NCBI GenBank assembly: GCA_010093815.1 | Contig: ML996569.1 | Source of the DNA: Pseudovirgaria hyperparasitica | Taxonomy: Eukaryota | Strand: one strand, 5' to 3' | Length of the DNA: 64,000 bases | Shown here: positions 25,386-38,750 of the stretch, piece after piece | Position numbering within the stretch: position 1 is the stretch's first letter | How the letters are laid out: each line of letters opens with the position of its first letter | The notes under the pieces: generated by a model | Databases searched by the model: none | Told to the model about the DNA's origin: nothing | Seen by the model: the letters and a program-made list of their open reading frames with translations, nothing else | Position numbers and translations under genes: made by a program

Positions 25386-28300
25386 ATGGCGGGATATGCG
25401 ATGATAAGCTCTGCATGCTGTCATGCCACGCACAAGGACACACGATCCGACGATGCGCTTGGCATGGAAAGGGTAGATAATCCGCAGACCGGGTTCACCG
25501 TCGACATCGACATCGGCACACATGCCCGTGCTCGTCTGTCTGCTTTTCCCATACGACCGGTCTCCATCCATATCAAAACGCGCTGAGCATCGTCATCCCG
25601 ATTCACCACAATCTGACGAAGTGCACCACAATCCCATCATCCACACCCAGAATCATCATCATCAGCATCATCCTCGCACCATCTCCCCCCAACGTCCTCC
25701 CAGCCCCCTCCCCTTCTCCCAACGGTCGCACCACAAAACCTGCACGACCGATGTGCCCCCCTGCCCCTCTAATGGCCCCCAGGTCGGCACTCGAACTCGA
25801 ACGCACGCGAGCCGCCTTAAGTCCCGACATATACGTGCCGCCAGAAACGCCCCTGAGTTGCACTGCGTCGTGCACTGCACCCGATCGTCGCACCGCTGCC
25901 AGCTGCGCTTTGCAACGCTGTGCCGTCGCACTCTTGGTGTCCTGAATGGCTTGGTTGGTGGTTGGCTCGTGGATCGGGGGCGTGGTGGTGTGATGGGTGT
26001 GTAGTGGTGTGTGATGGTGTACTAGAGAGGGGGAGGGGAGGTTTGTGGGATGAAGTGGAGTGGGTGGGACAGATTCTGGTCACTTGGGAGCGGGCGAGGG
26101 AAGTGAGGGTGAAAGCTGGGAGAATGGGGTGTCGTGGCAAGAGAATATTTTTCTCGAGGATTTGTGTCTCTTTGGTGTTGTGGTGGCTGGTGAGAAGAAG
26201 TATCTTGTACACGCGAACTATGGCTGCGGCTGCTGCTGCTGCGCTTCAGACGGCGCTTTCATGTACGTATGTATATAGAGGCCCAGAGCTATTCATATCA
26301 ACGCGTGTCATCCGTATGGTACAATACCTCACACTGAAGTAGAACTACCTTTGTTGTTATACGGATGTGAGTCGGAACACGGAAGTCGGTGATACAATAC
26401 ACTTCTCTTCGTGACGGTGACAGGGCAGCAGTATGCCCACTCCTCGCCCTTCCTTTAGAGTTTCTATTCCTGGTCCAAATAAGCTTTTCGATACGATACC
26501 ACTGACCTAAGAGTGGTCAGAGGGGTATTATGCTCTGCCAACTAGACGTGTCTGTCTATATGTCACACAGCCGTTGTTTCATCGTAGAAGGAATTGGTGT
26601 ATGCTCGGTTTTTGGGAAGTCGTGGGTGTACTTGTTGCACCAAGGAGGTGTTGTAGACCTATAACATCGTCGTCACTGGTGGGGGTTGTGATGGTACACG
26701 AGAAGACCCGATCATCGGAATAGATTCTGAGGTTAGTGTTCTGAAGGCGTGTTTGTACGAGAGCTTGGGAATCGTTTGTCTTGGTTGACGTTTATCGGTG
26801 TGAGCGTGGAAAGGCGTGTGCCATTCAACGGTACTGTTCACGGTATCAGCAGAACTAGATCATATCACAATAACAACAGCTCATATAAACACATGCCGTC
26901 AGGCACAAATGTTTCATTCAGTCTCGTGCTACCTGCGGGACCTGCTTTCTTCAAAACAAACGGCCGAGTTGTCCTTTAACGGGACTACAGTCGACCGCCA
27001 GTCGTTGATGTGCGGCTGGCTGCAGGTATGGACAGTCGAAGTTCGTGACACTATTATAAACTCGACTATAATAGAGTACGCAATATATACATGATGTACA
27101 CCTTACTTCACCACAGGCGCGCCCAGCGCATATACACACGTAGTACTCACACTCCAAGGCGCCCAAGCCGTCAAGGCCCATCTATCCATCCACCCAGCAC
27201 ACATCCAGTACAAAGAAATGGCCATCATACAATTTCATATCCAGCAAGTCCATCCACCCAACCCAGCAGCTAGGTCCCGGCACGTACCACACTCACCGTA
27301 GCAAGTCAGTCCATGCGTGGTCGCACCGCGGATAATAAAAGTCTGGGTCCCTATAACATAGAACGTGTGTGTGTGGATGGGAAAAACCGCCGCCCGGGGG
27401 GAGAGCCAGCCAGCCATCGCTGTCTATCCAATCCATCCATCCATTCATCCATCTCTGGTCGTTCCATGGTTCGTTCGAACATGCGGGCCGGAAACTCCAC
27501 TCGGCTGGATCCATCCATCCATCCAATCCATCAATGGAAGTTGCGGGAGCACGACAGTTTACCCGTACCCGTACCCGTACCCGTACCTGCTGCTGCTGCT
27601 GCCGCTGCCGCCGCCGCCGCCGCTGTGCAGGAAAACCTGCTTTTCTCGTGTCTGTCACGATCTAGCTCAGAACATGGCGCGGTTTCCATGCTGGCTGGCG
27701 GATTGGACCAGCCACACACAAAACGGGTTTTGACATTTTCGTGGTTCTGGTATTATGCGATTGCGGGCGCTGGGATTATGCTTGTGGGAGGGAAGCGAAG
27801 GCCTGGGATCCATATAGATCGCGTGAGTAGAAGACACATTTTCTTTTTCGGGCAATTGTGATCTTGGGGTGGTGGTGGGTTTTTGATGTAGATATGGTGA
27901 TGCGCTAGGCTAGGTATACAAGAAGAATATGGTCAATCTACGTGGCGGAGATGCTTTGTTCCGCTACCGTTAGTCTCTGCGATGAAGCTACAGCTTGTGT
28001 TTCACGACACGGATGCCTTGTACAACGTCGATGATAGCATCTGTACACCCCCCCCTCCAAACCATACGCACCGCCCAACTGACCACAGAAAAACACAACC
28101 GGGAAAGTAGGCCATCCAATTGACAGATATTACCAGGAACGGAGCAATCGAAATCCGAGTCCCGATATCTAGTCAGGGCACCAGCGGAGAAGAAGCACGA
28201 ACGGACCCAAAATAGAACGATTGAGAAGACGAAGAAGGGCCTTTCGATGGAGAAAACCAGAGGTGGCATGATCGTTTGGACTTGACTTGTCTGGACGGGA

Positions 28301-29413
28301 CCTGTCGGTGCTAGCCCAAGTCGAGCATCATGCATACATACATGTTGTTATGTATGTATGTATGTATGAGCGATGGATTCTACCCCACACACAGCACAGC
28401 ACAGCACAGCACAGCCCATCTGTGTATGTATGTTTTGTAGTTCGCACGTCGGATCGCGAGGCCGACCCACGTACATACATCCATACATACATCCTACATC
28501 GTACTGAATGAGAGAATAACAACACCTACCCGCACACACACACACAAGGCAAATGACTCGGATAGGGAGAGCATCATCCATTCATCATAATGGGTCGCTA
28601 TTCGGCCCACCTAGCACACACCCAGCAAGACAGCCAGAGAAGAAGACCCCCCCTTCCCTGGGCCCCTCGGAGCGCCCCTTCTTGCGGTCTCAAGCGAGTT
28701 ATGATAGGGTAGATTGAGGATGGTGGTCCAGATGCCAGCCGGGGATAATATAGATTGCACACCCTCGTCTCCCACTCACTCCCTCGACACAATTCAAACC
28801 AGGGGAAAGAGAGGCAAACAAGCGGTGAATAATCTGAAAAATTCCAGGCCTTCCCCCCCTCCCTGCCTCCCTAAATTGATGCACAATCAAGAATGCGGCG
28901 TAGAAAAAAACAAGAGAGACGAGTGAGGTATATGTGTGTGGAGCATTTCTTGAAGAAAGGTCTCAGACGGACCCTCCTCCTGGCCGGAGTGAGAGCCTGT
29001 TGAAGGAGGCGGCGACGAGATGAGGAGATTAATTAGTAAAGGAGGGAAGTATTTGTTGTGGTGGGTGGAGAAATTTAAAAAAACCAAAAAAAAACGTCGC
29101 AACTGCAATTGAACGAGGAGGAGGAGGGCTGAACTCATGATGACGGGCAGATCCAGCGGGCGGGAGCCAATGCGAGGACGGGACAATGAAGACGTGCCGG
29201 TAGGGGCGCAATCCTTGTCTCTGGCGAGCTAGGTATGTAGTAGGTAGGTGAAGGAACAAGATGGAGCATTATTATGGCTTTGCCTACTACCTACCTACTA
29301 TCAAGGCAGGCCAGCGACGAAGTGGCTTGCATTGGCTGATGGCTGATATTCGACATGATATGTATATATCTATCCAACACAACTCAACACAACACAGCAC
29401 TGTACGAGTGGAT

Positions 29414-29453
<40 letters not shown>

Positions 29454-32400
29454 CACCTACCTCAAAGAAAACATTTATACCTCTCACACCTCCCACCCAC
29501 TCCCACCGACCAGCAACGGAACTCCCCGACAATAAATACGAAATAACTCTGAAACAAGGTACGGCCGAAGTGAGTCCTCATCTCCTTATCCATCACGAAC
29601 ACAACAAACAAACAACAACAACATCAAACACCTTCCAGCAAGGCCAATAGGTTCGCAGCGAATTTTGTCTCTCCCTCGCTTTTTTCCTGGGTACCGAAAG
29701 CGCCCGGACCGGACGTGGATCAAATGGAGATAGATGGGAGGGGGGAGCGGGCGCAGCGGGCTTGTCCTTCCTTTTCCCCCCGGCCCCTTACCCTTGTCCT
29801 TACCTCCCTTCACCCCCCCTTCTGACAGGCCTAAATCCGCCGCCGGACCACCCCCCTGTCCTCACCCGTGTCACGTGCGGCCCCACCTCGGTCAAACCAC
29901 TCACTCGTTTCGGCCGTTCTTGTTTTGCCATCCATCTCTCTCCATTCCATTCAAGACCTGACTGACCTCAACAAAAACCCCCCACTCGGATACCCGCTCG
30001 CCCAATCCCATGCCATGCCATGCCAGCGCACTCTTTCTCTTCTGTCTGTCTGTCTAGTTCGTGTGCCTTGGTCTCCCCCTCCCCCTCCCCCCCATCTTCA
30101 TGATGATCCAAAAGAATTAAAAATCACACGCATTTCCGTCATGCACGGCGGCTAGATGCAGGTTGGAAACATGGCCAATCATGGGGCTTGCTTGGGGGGG
30201 GGAGACGATCTTCTACAGTATCTGGGCAGCGGGTAAGAGGCATAAGCATCTCTCTTGCGGATGGGATGCACGTCGACGCAGGAACGTCCCCGGGCCTGGG
30301 GGGGGTAAGCGTCGTGGTCGTTGTCGTTGTCGATGTGGTGGATTTGTGGTAGACTGGGACAAGTAATATCGAAACCCGTATATTCCCATCCCATCCCATC
30401 CCATCCCATCACCTTCCCCGTAATCTCTCAAGCGGTTCATGTTTCGACGATGATGATAATGTAGTCCACTGGAGCTAGATGGGGAAGTATGAAAAAAAAA
30501 TACCGGGTTCAAAGAGTCCGGTAAAGAAAAGGAAAAAAATAATTAGAAACCTCGATGTTCGGAAATAGGCATCGCATCGCATCCCATCGCATCGTGCCTT
30601 TCTTTTTTTTTTCCCTCCGACTGACTGACTGACTAAGAACAACGGGCTGGCTCTGGCTTAGGCTTAGGCTGGCCAGCTAGCTAGCTGGCCCTATCCGCCC
30701 GCCTAACTAGCTTGATTCGAGAACTTTGCACGCGCGCGCCCAGAAGACGATTGGCACATGCTGCGTTCCCTCTCCCTCCGTATGTGCGTATGTGATGGGT
30801 GATGGGTGACGGGTGACGGGTGACGACGGGTGACGGAATCACAGGGCAGCTGATAATTAGCGGCGGCTGCCATGGGGCTGCCGGCGAAGTAAGGGGCATT
30901 TATTTCAGTCTAGAGAGAGCAGAGCCAGCCTCGTGCAAGTTTATCACGGGGGGGTTCCGGAAAGCGTGACCTTGGTGGTAGAGTGGTAGATTGGTTATAT
31001 CGGCCAGCTCATAGGCAGGCAGTCAGCGAGCTATGAGGATAGACGACGACTGGACCGCTCTGGACGCGTTCCTTACGGCTACGACTAATTACTCCTACGA
31101 CTCCTACGAATAATTGTCCACGCGAGCAAAACCACTGGTTGGTTGGCTGATTGATTTGATATACTCCGGTATCCGGGACTCTCAGGGGTCAGTCAGTCAC
31201 GACCACGACCACGACGACGAAGCGAAGCGCGCCATGCCCCAGTATGTAATACGTACATAGCAGGTAGGTAGACAGACAGTAAGCATTATATCCGTATACA
31301 ATCTAGCAAAAAGAGCTCTCTTCGTCCGTGAATGTGTACGTGTAACGAGCAAACCCCCCCCGAGATCAACAGGGGGTGGGTGTTTTTTTGGTTGTTTCCA
31401 TCGGGAATTTGATGGTATGGCGACGATATATCCGTAGCTCTGTCTGTGTCATCTCTGGCGTCTCTGGCATTTGTGGCATTTGTGGCAAGGCAGGACGAGT
31501 CATGTCACGGGAGTAGGAAGGAAGGGAAGGAAGGAAGGAAAAGAAGGCAGAAAAAGTCCGGGTGGACGGACGGACTGACGGACCGGACGGACGGGGGTTC
31601 GTTTAGCTATGGATGGACAACAGGATGATCGCAAAACCGGAGTTTTTTCGAGGGATGGATTCGATTATGCAGGAGGTCACGGAGAGTGAGCGATGAGAGT
31701 CTGAATAATGTACGGAAGATTTGGAAATGAGCAAGGAGAGACAGCAAGGGAAAGGAATAAGGCTGAGAGGAGGTGGTGTGTGCGCAGTGATGGTGGTGGC
31801 AACAAAAGCGCGTAGTAAGTATGCAGGTAGGTAGTAGGTAGACTTGTGGCTCGGGACGTTCTGTATCTGCATATCATCATCATCATCATCATCATCATAT
31901 CGTCGCGTCGCCTCAGCCACCAGATTGTTCCGCGGGCGTATGTGCGTGTGAATGGGGGTGGGTGTGTGTAGGAGTGTGTGTATGAGTGTGTGTGTGTATG
32001 AGTGTGTGTATGTATGAGTGTGTGTGCACAAGTGTGTTCGACAGAGGGCGGTCCCGTGGAATGAATGGATGGTGATTGATGGCGAGCTCGAGCAGGATGG
32101 ATGATAGTGATGGTGATGGTGATGGATGGTGATGACAATGTCAGGATGTGTATACCATCACGACAGTCTACTCTCTGCCCCCCAAAACCAAACCAAACCA
32201 AACACACGATCCGATCCATAAGTTCGAGTTCGAGTGGATGAGACAGAATTCAAGGAAAGCAGTAGACTCCTCCACCTCCCCCCAGACCTTAAGCGCCCCC
32301 ATCCCCCATCACCCATCCCCCATCACCAACACCCCCAAGTGACTCCATCCAAAAGCGGTTTAGCAACGGCCAGCGCATCACCAGTCCTCACCGCAAGACT

Positions 32401-32913
32401 GCGCAAGCACCTATCACGATCACGCTACGCTCCTGGAATGGTTTCGCACACGACGCGACGACGGCCATTGCTTTGTGTAGTTTTGGGTGGGTAGGTAGGT
32501 AGGTAGGTAGGTAGGCAGGTAGGTAAGTAGTTGCACAAAATCGTTGGTATCGTTCATCAATCATAATACCGTCTTGCATGCAGACTGACTGACTGACTGA
32601 CCCAGCGCGCGCCGTTGACAGTGCCAGGTGCTGGCTGGCTGGTATGTGCTAGCTAATTAGTACTGGAGATCACACACCCTGCGCCAATTCGCATGCTGTC
32701 TGTCCGCCGTCCACGTAGCACCCACCAGGGCCGCCGCCCAGCCAAGGAATATTTCTCCGTTGCCTGCCTGTCGTCGGCCTTGCCTTGTCTTGCGGGCGGC
32801 AGGCACCCCTGGTTCGTGCGATTCGATTCATCACGGGTTGTGCCTATATAGGATGTTGCGTGCTACATGGACGTCTCTGTACAGTTGGATGGATGGATGG
32901 ATGGGTGGATGGA

Positions 32914-32945
<32 letters not shown>

Positions 32946-35900
32946 GAAAGAAGCAATGTCCCTGAGCATCAACAGCACCGCTCCCAAACCCAGCCAGCCA
33001 GACCTCATCCACGCAGCACGAGCAGAACACGACGGTTGTTCAGCAATAATGCTCCCTCCCTACTCGGAAATTAATCACAAAGTCACCGTCTTGTCTTCCT
33101 TCCCTTGCTCTCTCTCTCTCACTCTCACAAAAGAGAGAAAATCCGAGCGAGTGGTTCCCTACAACCTCCCAACCTCGCTCTACACAACAACAACAACAAA
33201 CCCACGGACGATAATTACGGACCGGGAAAAGCACCGAGATCGCGTCTCTTTCTTTCGTTCTTTCTTTCGTTCCTTCCTTACTCTGCTTGGTGCTTGGAGC
33301 TTGGAGCCCCCCTCCCCCTCGCGTACGCTAGACTAACGTTGGAACGTCCGACGAGGGTGTAGTTGTGTTATGTTGTGTTGTGTTATACAAATATCGTGGA
33401 GACGGGTAGTATTCTCTGCCTCCTTCTGCTTTATTTCAAGGAGAGATGGAGATGGATGGATATGATGGCTGGGCGTGCGTGTGTGTGTCGCTTCGTGTAA
33501 TTAAATTAGTCTTTTGAGGCGTGCGTATCTATTATCTGTCTAGCTATCTGCTTAGCTATCTGTTTCGATCTAGCTATCTATTATCTATCCGTCAATCTAT
33601 CCGGTCTAGCTGTTCTATCCAATTCTAATAGCCTTCCGGGGGGGGAGGGGAGGGGAGGGGCCAAAACAAGAAAGTCCGTTCCGTAGTGCGGGCTTGGCGG
33701 TCTGGTGTTTCTTTTTTTTTGCTTCTTTTTCGTCTTCGTTGTTGTTGTTAAGCGATTTAGCGAATAAGCGAAGAGGCGAGTGATGTTGAACAGTTGATAG
33801 TCAGTTAGTTAGTTGTGTAGTTGGTGATTCAGCTAGTCCGTCAAAACCGCGTGTAGCATGCACGCAAGCAAGCATATACATATATACAGACACACATGCA
33901 TGCGTTGCAAATGAATGGATGGATGGATGGAGAAGACGGCACGACGGGCAGGTTTGAGATGATCCCTGCATGTCAAAGTTGATGCAGCCGATGGTGAGTG
34001 TCTATCAATATCAGGCGCACAAGACCGTCAAGAAGATGATGCACAAAACTCCCGTCCATCTGCACGTCTTTCTAAGGCCCGCCGTTGAATTGCAAAAAGA
34101 AAACGAAAAAGAAAAAGAAAGAAAAGACGTTTATGGTCTGGGATGGCATGGCATGGCATGGCATGGCATGGCGTGCAGGCAGTAAGCAGTGGCAGGCAGT
34201 AGGGAGGAATTAGTACGTAGCAGAAGTACCTAGCAGTAGTGGGTAATTAGTGGAGGGTAGGGTAGAGTACAGTACGGGTAAGGGTAGAGAGGGTCAGGGC
34301 AGGGTAGCGAGCGGTAGGGAGGGCCGTTGGCGTGAAAGAGCAAGTACAGCAAGAATTAAGCTGGCTGGCTGGCTGGCAAGTAAGCAGGTAAGCAGGTAAG
34401 CAAGCAAGCACATCGCACATCGCATCTCGCGCCGTCCCGCAACACGCAGCCAGCCAGCCATGACGGTCGTGCATATTGTTGTACTAGAGGCTGAACGAGA
34501 GTGTGAGAGAGTAAGAGAGCAGGGTCTGCAGAGGGTTTGTTGGTGTTATTCTTGATGTTGATATTATTATCATTAGTATTGATATTATTGTATCATCACC
34601 ACCGACAGTCCAGACTGACTCTGGATGGAAATACGAAAAAGCGAGGGTGTGGTCGTATAGCTATTAGCTAGCCAGCCAGCTAATATACAGGTACAGGTAC
34701 AGGCCAAGCAGCAGCAGCAGCTTCGTTATTAATCTACTAAGCTGCCGAAAAGCGCCATGGAGGGGCGTGTGCTTGCAAGCTGCTATTATTCGCGCGCGCT
34801 GCATTCTCCCTCTCGTTCCTCGTCTTCTACTTATATAGTAACCCTGTCCTGGATTGAGTATATCGTCCATCGTCTAGCAATTAGTCTTAGATGGAGCTTC
34901 TAGTAGATGCGTAGAATGTGTCAAAAGTGCATACATAATCTGTTAAACAAGGAAAAAGGCCGGCGAAGACGAGACGATGCAGCGTGGAACTGTAGATACA
35001 ATACAGGCCAAGACAGGCAGCAGATGGCGGTGCAGCGGGTCCACAATTTGGATCGCTGGCCCAAGTGGAGTGTGTGATAGTGGAGTGGTGTGGAGTTGTG
35101 TGGAGTGGGATGGGAGGGATGGATGGATGGAAGAATGAAGTGGAGAGAGGTTGACAGCAGCGAGATTAATTGTTATTCACGCAGGCAGGTGGGAGGCAAA
35201 AGAGGTGTTTGTGAGGTGCTGTTGCTGTTGTTGTTGTTGTTGTTGTATGTAGTATGTAACCAGATATCTGGGTATAGTATCAGGTGTAGAGTGAGTTGTG
35301 CAGGTGGTTAGCATGTAGAAGAGAGAGTGTTTGCAGACTGTATGTATAATAGTTGTGTTCGAGGGTCGAGGGTCGCGGGACGGAGTGGCAGTTGTAATGA
35401 GTGGCGGTGGAGGCAGGCCCGGTATGTGCGCTGCCGTCCCCCCCGGTAATTAGCAGTCCGGCCTGGCACTCGGGGGGATTTTGGGGGGATTTTGGGGGGG
35501 CTTTATGAGAGAGAGGGGTGGTCGCTTTGGCCTGCCCTGCCGCCCTGCCCTGCCCTGCCCTGCCCTGCCCAGTCCCGCGCCATCATGCCCCCCCATATCA
35601 CCCACTAAATTGCCGCCCTACCAGCCAGTCTAGCCAGCTAATTCTCCCTCTCTCCCTCCCTCTCTCTATTATCTCACACACACACACCCTCCCTCGCACT
35701 CATTCTCTCTCTCCCTTGATATTATTAACCCACCCCTGCCGTTTGGTACGTGCGTTGTGTGTCTGTGTGTGTGTCTGCGTGTGGGTGTGTGCGAGTGTGC
35801 GTCTGTGTGTATGGATGTGGGTGTGTGTGATCCCGCTGTCCCGTGCTCCCGCCCCTGCCCTGGCTGCTGCTGCTGCTGAATGTTCTCTTTTCTATTTCTT

Positions 35901-36757
35901 GTTCCCCCCCTCCCCCGGTATGCTTTCGGCGGGCTTGTTGTTCTTCTACGTCTGTGTGTTGTATCTGGTCTGTGTGTGTGTGTATGAGTGCGAGAGAGCG
36001 AGTGAGTGTGTGTTTGTCCGTCGCGCGCGTGGTGTGGATCCTCGACTCCATCCATTCCATCCATCCATGCTCGTCTGTTTTCCGTGCCGTCTTTTTCGTT
36101 TCTGCTTCTTCTGCTTCTGCTGCTGCTTCGGTGGTCTGCTCTGGCTCTGGCTCTGGCTCTGGCTCTGATCCGGTCTCGGTCAATCATCCGTCTCCCGTCC
36201 TGCAGCTTTCTGCAATGCACATGCAGCTCCCAAGCCCAAAGATCAGATTTGATGCGGTTTTGCTTGCGTGCAGGCTGCGGAAAGTATACATATGCGCCAT
36301 CGAGGCCCGCCGCTCCCAGATCTCACTACTCATCCTGCAATCCACCCGTTGTCTCACTGACACACACACACACGCACACACATACACACGTCCAACATAA
36401 TCATCATCAGCATCGTCATCATCATCTCTTGCCATCCATCCTCACTCTCCTCAATCTAGCCTTGAGAGCTCGTTTGATCTATTGTACTCTACACACACAC
36501 AACAGCCGACTGGTCTTCTTGTTGCTTGCAGCTTGTCCCCGCCAACGCTCTTCGCCTGACGAACCCTTCTAACCCGTCCATCCTATCCAATCCAATCCTC
36601 GACTATCAATTGTCTATTCGTCTTCATTATTAATAACTCCAACTACTACTACCACTACTATTACTCCTACCACCACCACCACCACCACGCACACGCTTGC
36701 CACGGATCTACCCACGAGTCCGTCCGCTGAACTGTCCTCCCGCTACACTACTACAAG

Positions 36758-37500
36758 GTTAGCCACACTCCCCGGAACAACAGACGGACACACAGACACA
36801 CTTTTGCTCTTCCTTACACCTCTTCTCTAACCCCCTCCCCCCCCCCCCCCCCCTCTCCCCTTCGTCTCTCATCCCCAGCCTTTTACTTTTCCCTGGCCTT
36901 CTCAGCCAATCCAGCATCACCACCCAATCCATCCATTATACACACAGACACTCTGTCCATCCATCCACACGCACGCACACACACACACACCACACACTAC
37001 ACACTACACACTACACACTACACTGCATTCGTCTGTATTGTCTCTCCCATACACACACACACACACAACTGCCATCACACATAACCACCACCACCACCAC
37101 CATCACCATCTCCTCCACCCTCCCTCTCTCCTCGGCGCTCCGACCTCAATTGTTCCCGCCTCCGCCTGTCGTTAGCTGTGGCCTGGCTTCGTTCGCGCCG
37201 CGCTAGTAAAAAGTCACAATCCCAACCTCCTCCTCCGCTTGTAAACCTCCTACTTCCGCCGCCCATTCCCCACTCACTGTCCTGTGCGAGACAAGACCCT
37301 CTTCCATTTTTCACCTTGCCCTCTTCCTGTCCTGTCCTGCTCTCCACACCCGTCCGACCACCTCTCTTCCTCACTCCCTCCCCTTCAAAGGCTCGTGAGA
37401 GGCGTGTCTTTGTGTGCTGTCACGACACACTCACTCTCCTGGTGCGCTGTTCGCTCTATTTCTCCTTACCAGCATTCTTTGCTAACCTCCATCTGCACAG
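36758..37500 (+). other. Putative intron in the stuA 5' leader
   Basis: Strong branch point GCTAAC 37481 with acceptor CACAG ending 37500; candidate donors AAG|GTTAGC 36758 or TG|GTGCGC 37442. Confidence 0.45.
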
Positions 37501-37669
37501 CCGGCGCCTCGCTTTTTAGTGCGCATCCATATAGCTGCCGCCCGCACGCACGAAGCTCTGCCACTTCACCACCCAGCTCCACCCCCATCCATCCATACAT
37601 ACATACCTGGTGCATATACCCACCTCCGACTACGAACACACACAAGCATTGCTCCCATCCCTCCTCCGG

Positions 37670-37693
37670 ATGTCGCGAGCTTGCTTCTCATAA
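37670..37693 (+). promoter_or_regulatory. Candidate upstream micro-ORF (MSRACFS*) in the stuA leader
   Basis: ATG TCG CGA GCT TGC TTC TCA TAA; the only + strand ATG found between 36295 and 38750. Confidence 0.5.
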
Positions 37694-38750
37694 CAATACC
37701 TCAGTCGTTTGGCTTGCCCATTGCCATTGTCTTCGTATTGTCAGCTTGCGCGCCATTGCTCGCCCTTCACAAAACCGTTTCGACCTACCTCTTTTAACGA
37801 CCGCAACGAAGTAACGACGTCAAGTTTTACTCTTCTGTTCAGCATTGCAGCGTTTCACTTCTCCGGACTTTGCCCCCAGAAACATCCATTACCATCTCCC
37901 CGACCGACACCACGTCCAATCAATACTCGCCTTGATTGCCCTCCGTATCACACCACTTCCTTCGTCCTACAGCGCCGGTCACCTCGTCCCTACCTCGATC
38001 ACAACCACACTAGCCACCTTTTTTCGGCTTCTGTCACCCCTTGACCTGGCCCTCGATTCAATCACCGAAAAACACACAACGCTTCGCTTAGCCACCGTGT
38101 GTTTGCCCACGTGTGCTCAGGTCTTGCCCGCTTTCTTGCCCCAACTCTCACGAGGGCCGACTTGTTGTCAAAAGGCAAACACGTCCCATTCAACCTCGAC
38201 TCTGCCACGCTTGCGACCGGCCACTGCCGTCCGTCCGTCCGTCGACTCGATCCTCAGAACCGAGGAACTGCGTAGACTATAATCGTGCGGGTTGAGACTT
38301 GGTTCCAGTCTTTCAACCCTCAATACCGAAAAGCTGGCTCTCCCGTCGATTTCGCAGGTTCAGTCCCGAGGCGCCGCCGATCCGTGGAGCAGTCCCCTCT
38401 ACCCATCTCACCACCAGTCTACTGGCTACTCCGACAGACTGCCTCAGATTCAAGCTCCGGCAAGCACGCCGTCCACCTCGTCATCTCCAAGAGGTGGCTC
38501 GTTTAGCTCGGCTTCTGTAATCAACAGTGCCGCCTCAAACACGTCCTACGCCTCGTCTGTCCACGGCGCGCATCACGACTACAAAACGCCCTCGCCAGAG
38601 CAGCCGTCCTTGCCGCTGAAACGCGAAGGATACTCGCACTCTGCGCACTTGTCCTACGACCAGCCACCAAACGGCCAGAGTTACGCCTATAGCCAGGAGC
38701 CTTATAGCAGCAACAACAACAACAATAACAACCACAACCACAACCACAGT

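Larger units (their letters stand above)
24900..38280. repeat. Gene-free, microsatellite-dense region upstream of stuA
   Basis: Dozens of short tandem tracts: (CA)n, (CATC)n, (GGTA)n, (GACT)n, (GCCCT)n, (CTCTGG)n, (CATCC)n, (GGCAT)n, poly-C; listed ORFs are translations of these repeats. Confidence 0.85.

Noticed and set aside
25000..38200. Many 60-240 aa ORFs (poly-HT, poly-CV, poly-A etc.)
   Set aside because: They are translations of microsatellites, with no domain, codon or splice support
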